Source of the DNA: Myxococcota bacterium
GTDB taxonomy: Bacteria > Myxococcota_A > UBA9160 > PR03
Assembly (NCBI GenBank): GCA_041611735.1
Contig: JBFIML010000006.1
Location: forward strand, 1 to 64,000
Direction: 5' to 3'
DNA: 64,000 nucleotides
The notes beneath the pieces are model-generated. The model was not told the DNA's origin. It ran no database searches and saw nothing but the letters and a program-made list of their open reading frames with translations. Below are positions 58,438-64,000 of the stretch, in pieces. The stretch's first letter is position 1. Each line of letters opens with the position of its first letter. The translations under genes and the position numbers were made by a program.

Positions 58438-59547
58438 ATGTCAACGTCGCGCATCGCTGTCCTCGCGCTCCTCGTCACCCTGTTCGCGCCCGGCGTCGGC
58501 GCCCGGGCGGCCCCCGACGAGGATGCCTTCGTGGCGGGTTACGCCACGGCGATCCTGAGCCGCGAGTTCGGCCTGGAGGGAGCGCGGGTTTCCGTCGTGC
58601 ACGGCGTCGTGCGGGTCGAAGCCCGCCGCATCCCGGGGGCCGAGCGCGAGAAGCTCGAGGCGGTGCTCGGGGGGATCCCGGGCGTCGCCGCGGTGGAGCT
58701 GACCGAGGTGGACGGCACGGCGCCGCCGCAGGTGCCCGGGCCGGTGGCGGCCGCCAGCGACAACGGAATGCTCGGGTCGCGGGGCCTCGAGCTCCTGCCC
58801 AAGCGCGAGCTCTTCGACCCGCTGCTGGCCGACCCCCGCTGGCCGCACTTCGCCGCGAGCCAGCACTTCTACCTGGACGACGACGAACTGACGCGAGTGG
58901 CGGGGGTGAGCTTCGGCGAGTCGATCCCGCTGCTCGGCTTCGACATGCCGGGTCCCGGCCGCGGGGAGCTCGGCTTCCAGGCGGCCGTGTTCTCGATCTT
59001 CGATCTCGACTCCGACTCGTTCGACCTGGTGAACTCGGACTTCCTGGTGGGCCTGACCGGGAGCTGGCGGCGCGGCCGGCTGTCGGCGCAGGCGCGCTTC
59101 CTGCACCAGAGCTCCCACCTGGGCGACGAGTTCCTGCTGCGCAGCCGCGTCGATCGCATCAACGTGAGCTACGAATCCCTGGACGTGCTGCTCTCCTTCG
59201 AACCCTGGGACTTCTTGCGCGTGTACGGGGGCGGAGGGGCCCTGCTGCGGCGCGATCCGGAAGACCTGGAGCGGGGCCTGGCGCAGGGCGGTTTCGAGCT
59301 GGTGAGCCCGCGGGCCTTCCTGGCCGGGCACGTGCGCCCGTTGCTGGCCCTCGACGTGCAGGGGCGCGAGGAGAGCGGCTGGGAGGCGGACCTGTCGCTG
59401 CGCGCGGGCGTCCAGATCGAGAGCCCGAGCCTGCTCTCGCAACGCCTGCAGATCCTGCTCGAGTACTACGACGGGCGTTCACCGAACGGCCAGTTCTTCC
59501 GGCGGGAGCTCGAGTACCTGGGCCTGGGAGCCCACCTGCACTTCTAG
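58438..59547 (+). CDS. DUF1207 family probable outer-membrane protein
   Basis: Signal peptide, FDPLLADPRWP, HQSSHLGDEF, GRSPNGQF, terminal Phe. Confidence 0.8.
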   Translation: MSTSRIAVLALLVTLFAPGVGARAAPDEDAFVAGYATAILSREFGLEGARVSVVHGVVRVEARRIPGAEREKLEAVLGGIPGVAAVELTEVDGTAPPQVPGPVAAASDNGMLGSRGLELLPKRELFDPLLADPRWPHFAASQHFYLDDDELTRVAGVSFGESIPLLGFDMPGPGRGELGFQAAVFSIFDLDSDSFDLVNSDFLVGLTGSWRRGRLSAQARFLHQSSHLGDEFLLRSRVDRINVSYESLDVLLSFEPWDFLRVYGGGGALLRRDPEDLERGLAQGGFELVSPRAFLAGHVRPLLALDVQGREESGWEADLSLRAGVQIESPSLLSQRLQILLEYYDGRSPNGQFFRRELEYLGLGAHLHF

Positions 59548-59558
59548 GGACCCCCGCT

Positions 59559-60008
59559 TCAGGCGGCCTCGTCGCCTCCATCGCGTGGGAAGCGGGCCCG
59601 CAGGAAATCGGCGAAGGTGCGGCAGGCGTCCGTCACGGTGAAGATCCCGGCGAGCTTGCCCTTCTTGGTGACGAGGGCCGACCCGATGTGGCGCTCCGCC
59701 ATCTCGAAGAGCACGCGGTCGAGAGGTGCGGCGAGATCCACCACATAGGCGTCCAGCACGCAGGCGTCCGCCACGGTCAGGGCCTCGAGCCGTTCCCGCG
59801 GCTGCCTCGGGTCCAGCAGCAGGGCGATGTCCCGGGCGCTCACCACCCCCACCAGCTTGCCGGCCCGGGTCACCGGCAGGTGGCGGATTCCGTGCTCCTC
59901 CATCACCTCCCGGGCGTGGAGGAGAAGGTCCTCGACGTGGATGAACCAGGGGAAGGGGGTCATCACGACCTTGATGGGCGGGATCCGGTCGCGGTTGTCG
60001 AAAGCCAT
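59559..60008 (-). CDS. CBS domain pair protein
   Basis: VMTP, IRHLPV...GVVSARD, IGSALV...GIFTVTD. Confidence 0.9.
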   Translation of the reverse strand: MAFDNRDRIPPIKVVMTPFPWFIHVEDLLLHAREVMEEHGIRHLPVTRAGKLVGVVSARDIALLLDPRQPRERLEALTVADACVLDAYVVDLAAPLDRVLFEMAERHIGSALVTKKGKLAGIFTVTDACRTFADFLRARFPRDGGDEAA

Positions 60009-60026
60009 GGGAGGCAAGGGTAGGCC

Positions 60027-61370
60027 ATGAGCGGGCTCGGCGCGGTCGCCGCGGTGGGGCTGGGCCTCGGCCTGCTGTGGGGGGGGATCGAGATCGGGCT
60101 GCGCGTGGTGCTGGCGTGGCCGCTCCCAGCCGACTTCTACGGCTCGATCTCGCGCGAGCGGGTGCGCGACCGCCAGAAGCGCTGGGGCGTTCGCGTCGCC
60201 TGCGGTTCGGGCTGGATCCACCTGGGCTGGATCGCCGACCCGGAGCGGGAGCGCTATCGGATCGAGCGGCGCCGGGGAGAGGCCTGGCGTCCGCTCGGCA
60301 CGGTGCGCACGGGCTCGTTCCTGGTCCGCGGCGACGGGGGCACGTTCCGGGTGCTGGCCCTTCCGCGTGGCGGCGACCCGCCCCGGGTGCTCGGCGAGGT
60401 GCGGGCCGAGCCGCAGGGGGGGACGCCGTCCGTCTGGCGACCCGTCCGGGCCGGTTCGTGGCGGCTCCTGTTCCGGCCCCGCCGGCATGGCCGCTACGTG
60501 AACGACCACGCGGTCTATCGCGACGCCGCGGGGCACTGGCGGCTGCTGGGCATCACGGGCCCCGGCGACGGCGACTGGGCCCGGGAGCGCTGGTTCGCGG
60601 CGGGCGCGAGTGACACCTTCCCGCCCCCCGACGGCATGCGGGAGACGGAGCCCGTGGCCGACTTCGGAGAACTCGCCTGGGCGCCCCACGTGATCCGCTC
60701 GGGAGCCCTCTGGCACCTGTTCTGGTCGCCACACGTGCTGCGCCGCATGACCTCGCAGGACGGCGTTCGCTGGACGGACCCACGCGTCGTGATGGCCGCC
60801 CCCCGGCACCGCTTCTTTCGCGACGCCTTCGTGCTCGCGGTGGCCGACGGCCAGTGGCTCCTCTACGCGACCGCGCGGGGGCGCTTCTTCTCTCGTGTGG
60901 ACGTCTACCAGAGCTTCGATCTCGAGCAGTGGCAGTACATCGGGCCGGCCCTGCGCGGAGCCTGGGGCAGCCGCCGCAACGCCGCCTATGCTTCCATGGA
61001 GTCGCCCAGCGTGACTCCCTATCACGGCGGCTTCTACCTGACGATCACCTACAACAACGGCACGGCCTTCTGGCACGCGCTGGCGCTGGCGCTGCACTGG
61101 TGGCCCCGGCCCGCCAGCTATCACGAGAGCCTCGTCTTCCAGGCCGACAACCCCTACGAATTCGGGGTCTACCGGGGGGCCCGGCGCGGGTCGAACCCGG
61201 TGGCCCGGCTCGAGGCCCACGCGCCCCGGCTCGTGCACGATCGCGAGGCCGACACGTGGTGGGTGACGACGGCGGGCTGGCCCTGGGCGGCGACGCTCAC
61301 TCGCGGCGAGGTGGCGGTGGCGCCGCTTCGTTGGGAGCCCGTGGCACCCGGAGACGCCCCACTGCGTTGA
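60027..61370 (+). CDS. Membrane-anchored five-bladed beta-propeller glycoside hydrolase (GH32/43-like)
   Basis: VNDH, WAPHV, RDAFV, ESPSV acidic motifs; N-terminal TM. Confidence 0.72.
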   Translation: MSGLGAVAAVGLGLGLLWGGIEIGLRVVLAWPLPADFYGSISRERVRDRQKRWGVRVACGSGWIHLGWIADPERERYRIERRRGEAWRPLGTVRTGSFLVRGDGGTFRVLALPRGGDPPRVLGEVRAEPQGGTPSVWRPVRAGSWRLLFRPRRHGRYVNDHAVYRDAAGHWRLLGITGPGDGDWARERWFAAGASDTFPPPDGMRETEPVADFGELAWAPHVIRSGALWHLFWSPHVLRRMTSQDGVRWTDPRVVMAAPRHRFFRDAFVLAVADGQWLLYATARGRFFSRVDVYQSFDLEQWQYIGPALRGAWGSRRNAAYASMESPSVTPYHGGFYLTITYNNGTAFWHALALALHWWPRPASYHESLVFQADNPYEFGVYRGARRGSNPVARLEAHAPRLVHDREADTWWVTTAGWPWAATLTRGEVAVAPLRWEPVAPGDAPLR

Positions 61371-61404
61371 CACGGAGCGCGGATGCGGAACCCTGCGGTT
61401 CAGG

Positions 61405-62151
61405 ATGGCGCCGAGTCCGCTTCGGAACCGGTACGCGAGTCTTCTCGCGTGGGTCGCGCTGGTCGGGATCGCCACGGCGGCCTGTCGCGAGCCGCGGCTG
61501 CCCACCGAGGATGCCTTCGCCGCGGCACGCCGGCGCATGGTGGCCGAGCAGATCGAAGCGCGGGACGTGCGCGACCCGCGCGTGCTCGCGGCCCTGCGAC
61601 GCGTGCCGCGCCACGAGTTCGTGCCGGAGTCGGAGCGGAAACACGCCTACGCGGACCGCCCGCTCGGGATCGGACTCGACCAGACCATCAGCCAGCCCTA
61701 CGTGGTGGCGGCCATGACCGAGCTCGCACGAGCGGGGCCCGACGCGCGGGTGCTGGAGGTGGGGACCGGGTCCGGCTACCAGGCGGCGGTGCTGGCCGAG
61801 CTGGCGGCGGAGGTTTACACCATCGAGATCCTGGAGCCCCTGGCGCGCCGGGCGGAAGGCACGTTGCGACGGCTCGGCTACGCAAACGTGCACGTGCGTC
61901 ACGGCGATGGCTGGCTGGGCTGGCCGGAAGCGGCGCCCTTCGACGCCATCGTGGTGACCGCTGCGCCGCCGCGCGTGCCACCGGCCCTGCTCGAGCAGCT
62001 CGTCGAGGGCGGCCGCCTCGTGATTCCGGTGGGCCGGTCGTGGCAGGAGCTCGAGGTGCACGTGCGCACCCCGGACGGCTTCGAGGTCGAGCGCGTCTTT
62101 CCGGTTCGCTTCGTGCCGATGACCGGCGAGGCGCAGGAGGCGCCGCGCTGA
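61405..62151 (+). CDS. pcm: Protein-L-isoaspartate O-methyltransferase with lipoprotein-like signal
   Basis: VPRHEFV, QTISQPYVV, LEVGTGSGYQAA, APFDAIVVTAA, VRFVPM. Confidence 0.95.
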   Translation: MAPSPLRNRYASLLAWVALVGIATAACREPRLPTEDAFAAARRRMVAEQIEARDVRDPRVLAALRRVPRHEFVPESERKHAYADRPLGIGLDQTISQPYVVAAMTELARAGPDARVLEVGTGSGYQAAVLAELAAEVYTIEILEPLARRAEGTLRRLGYANVHVRHGDGWLGWPEAAPFDAIVVTAAPPRVPPALLEQLVEGGRLVIPVGRSWQELEVHVRTPDGFEVERVFPVRFVPMTGEAQEAPR

Positions 62152-62191
62152 GCTCGGCCGGCGAGCCCTCCAGGTTTCGCCAGGCGCTTCG

Positions 62192-62419
62192 TCAAACCTC
62201 CACCACCTCACCGCTGATGCGGCTCACGCGGAAGACCCCCCGGCCGGTGCGGATGTAGTAGAGGTTCGAGAGCAGTTCCTTCCGCACCCCCGATTCCGGC
62301 TCGATCCAGATCAGGGCATCCCCGAGCTTCACGTAGCCCCTGCGCTCCAGTTCTTCGCGTTGCTCCGACGTGAGCGAGGCCAGGATCTCCTGGCTCCGCT
62401 CCGGCTGCTCGCTCTGCAT
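62192..62419 (-). CDS. Small hypothetical protein (75 aa)
   Basis: Protein-like composition, fills the gap between pcm and rimK; GAGGG SD-like upstream. Confidence 0.6.
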   Translation of the reverse strand: MQSEQPERSQEILASLTSEQREELERRGYVKLGDALIWIEPESGVRKELLSNLYYIRTGRGVFRVSRISGEVVEV

Positions 62420-62556
62420 AGACGCTTTCGACCCTCCCGGCGGCATCCCGCCCGGACGGGAGGATAGTCGGCGGAGCCGACGGCGCCCGTCCCCGTTGTC
62501 GGAACGAGCGCGAGCGGGGTATTCTCCCGCTCGGCGTTCGGCGCCAGGGAGTTCCC

Positions 62557-63768
62557 ATGCGTATCGCCATCCTCTCGCGAGGTTCTCGCCTGTACAGCAC
62601 CCGCCGGCTCAAGGAAGCCTGCGAGATGCGCGGGCACGAGGCCCGGGTGCTCGACACCATGGCCTTCTCGATCGAGGTGGAGCAGGGCAACCCCCGTCTC
62701 TACTACCGGGAGAAGCCGCTCGCCCCCTACGATGCGGTGATCCCTCGCATCGGGGCGTCGATCACGTTCTTCGGCACCGCCGTGGTGCGGCAGTTCGAGC
62801 AGATGGGGGTCTTCTGCCTCAACTCGTCCCAGGCCATCAGCGTCTCCCGTGACAAGCTGCGCTCGATCCAGATCCTGAGCCGACACCGGGTGGGCATTCC
62901 GAAGACCTCCTTCGTGAAGCGCCGCGAGGCGGTGCTCGCCGCCATCGATCGCATGGGCGGGCCGCCGGTGGTGGTCAAGCTGCTGGAGGGAACCCAGGGG
63001 ATCGGCGTGATCCTCGCCGACACCACCAAGGTGGCCGAAGCCATCATCGAGACCCTGCAGAGCGCCGCCCGCCAGAACGTCTTGATCCAGCAATTCGTGA
63101 AGGAGAGCAAGGGGCGGGACATCCGGGCCTTCGTGGTGGGTAACCGCGTCGTGGCGGCCATGCGGCGGGTGGCCCAGGGGGACGAGTTCCGCAGCAACGT
63201 GCACCGGGGGGGGCGCGCAGAGGCCGTGGAGCTCGATCCGGAGTATGCGCGCACGGCGGTGCACGCCGCCCAGATCATGGGGCTCCGCGTGGCGGGCGTG
63301 GACATGCTGGAAGGGGCCACCGGCCCGCGCATCATGGAGGTGAACTCCTCGCCGGGGCTCGAGGGCATCGAGGGCGCCACCGACGTGGACGTAGCCGGTG
63401 AGATCGTGAGGCTGATCGAGGAGGAGGTGCTCTTCCCGGAGATCGACATCCGTCAGCGCATGACGCTCCAGCACGGCTACGGAGTGATGGAGATCCCCGT
63501 GGACGAGGCTTCGGAGCTGTCGCACAAGACCGTGCAGCAGACCAAGCTGCGCGAGCGCGACGTGCTGGTGCTCACCATCAACCGGGGCAGCATCACGATC
63601 CCCAATCCGCGCCAGGACCGGGAGATCCTCCCGGGCGATACCCTGCTCCTGTTCGGGAAGTCGATCACGCTGAAGAGCCTCGCACCGCGTCCCAAGGCGG
63701 GGAGCCGATCGAAGCGCAAGCGGGCGGGCGCCGCGGGGGCGCCCGCCGCGCCGAAGCCGGATGCTTGA
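62557..63768 (+). CDS. rimK: RimK-family ATP-grasp ligase with C-terminal TrkA-C (RCK_C) domain
   Basis: LYSTRRL, VIPRIGAS, GTQGIGV, FRSNVHRGG, EVNSSPGLEGIE; tail INRGSITIPNP...ILPGDTLLLFG. Confidence 0.93.
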   Translation: MRIAILSRGSRLYSTRRLKEACEMRGHEARVLDTMAFSIEVEQGNPRLYYREKPLAPYDAVIPRIGASITFFGTAVVRQFEQMGVFCLNSSQAISVSRDKLRSIQILSRHRVGIPKTSFVKRREAVLAAIDRMGGPPVVVKLLEGTQGIGVILADTTKVAEAIIETLQSAARQNVLIQQFVKESKGRDIRAFVVGNRVVAAMRRVAQGDEFRSNVHRGGRAEAVELDPEYARTAVHAAQIMGLRVAGVDMLEGATGPRIMEVNSSPGLEGIEGATDVDVAGEIVRLIEEEVLFPEIDIRQRMTLQHGYGVMEIPVDEASELSHKTVQQTKLRERDVLVLTINRGSITIPNPRQDREILPGDTLLLFGKSITLKSLAPRPKAGSRSKRKRAGAAGAPAAPKPDA

Positions 63769-64000
63769 ACGGCTGCGCATTGCCGGGATCGACTGTCCGC
63801 ACGGTGCGGCCACACGACTCAGGATCCCGGTGGCACGCCCCTACGGCCAGGCGGAGGTGTTTCTGCCCGCCCAGGTGGTGCGCGGGCGCGAGGATGGCGC
63901 GCGCCTGTTCGTGTCGGCCGCCGTCCACGGCGACGAGATCAACGGGGTCGAGATCATCCGCCGCCTGCTGCGCCTGCGAGTCCTGCGCCGCCTGCGCGGA
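63761..64000 (+). CDS. Partial succinylglutamate desuccinylase/aspartoacylase (M14) family protein
   Basis: Manual translation MLERLRIAG...LFVSAAVHGDEINGVEIIRRL; overlaps rimK stop by 8 nt; runs off the window; absent from the ORF track. Confidence 0.88.
   Translation, partial: MLERLRIAGIDCPHGAATRLRIPVARPYGQAEVFLPAQVVRGREDGARLFVSAAVHGDEINGVEIIRRLLRLRVLRRLRG

Noticed and set aside
1..64000. CRISPR arrays, tRNA/rRNA, IS elements, integrases, defence or prophage genes
   Set aside because: No regularly spaced repeats, cloverleaf-like sequences or transposase/integrase motifs seen; intergenic gaps are short. Short degenerate elements could be missed by eye.

Overview
Very GC-rich, densely coding bacterial chromosome segment with about 56 CDS, two of them cut by the window edges. 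No rRNA, tRNA, CRISPR array, transposase or phage gene is recognisable. The gene mix (REC-PilZ, SH3-VWA, PEP-CTERM, HpnN/HpnI, RimK-TrkA-C, many redox enzymes) suggests a Myxococcota/deltaproteobacterial-type diderm; this is inference only. Confidently recognised genes are ada (with an Ada-box-like operator), typA, pcm, a rimK-family ligase, a slyD-like PPIase, a plsC-like acyltransferase, GH3 and GH13 glycosidases, a BVMO, an amidase and a NatAB-type ABC exporter. Best candidates for undescribed biology: (1) a convergent TPR + ATP-grasp / SET + GNAT-nitrilase cassette; (2) a minimal IucA/IucC-like ligase beside an exported M14 peptidase, paralleling the RimK + M14 pair at the window end; (3) a motif-permuted DHH-like domain fused to an apparently dead CPBP/Abi membrane domain just after ada; (4) a recurring TANNNT hexamer 6-9 nt before start codons lacking SD, suggesting leaderless mRNAs; (5) signal-peptide-bearing SlyD and Pcm. 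All calls come from reading motifs by eye; no database search was run. Many start positions were trimmed relative to the ORF track.
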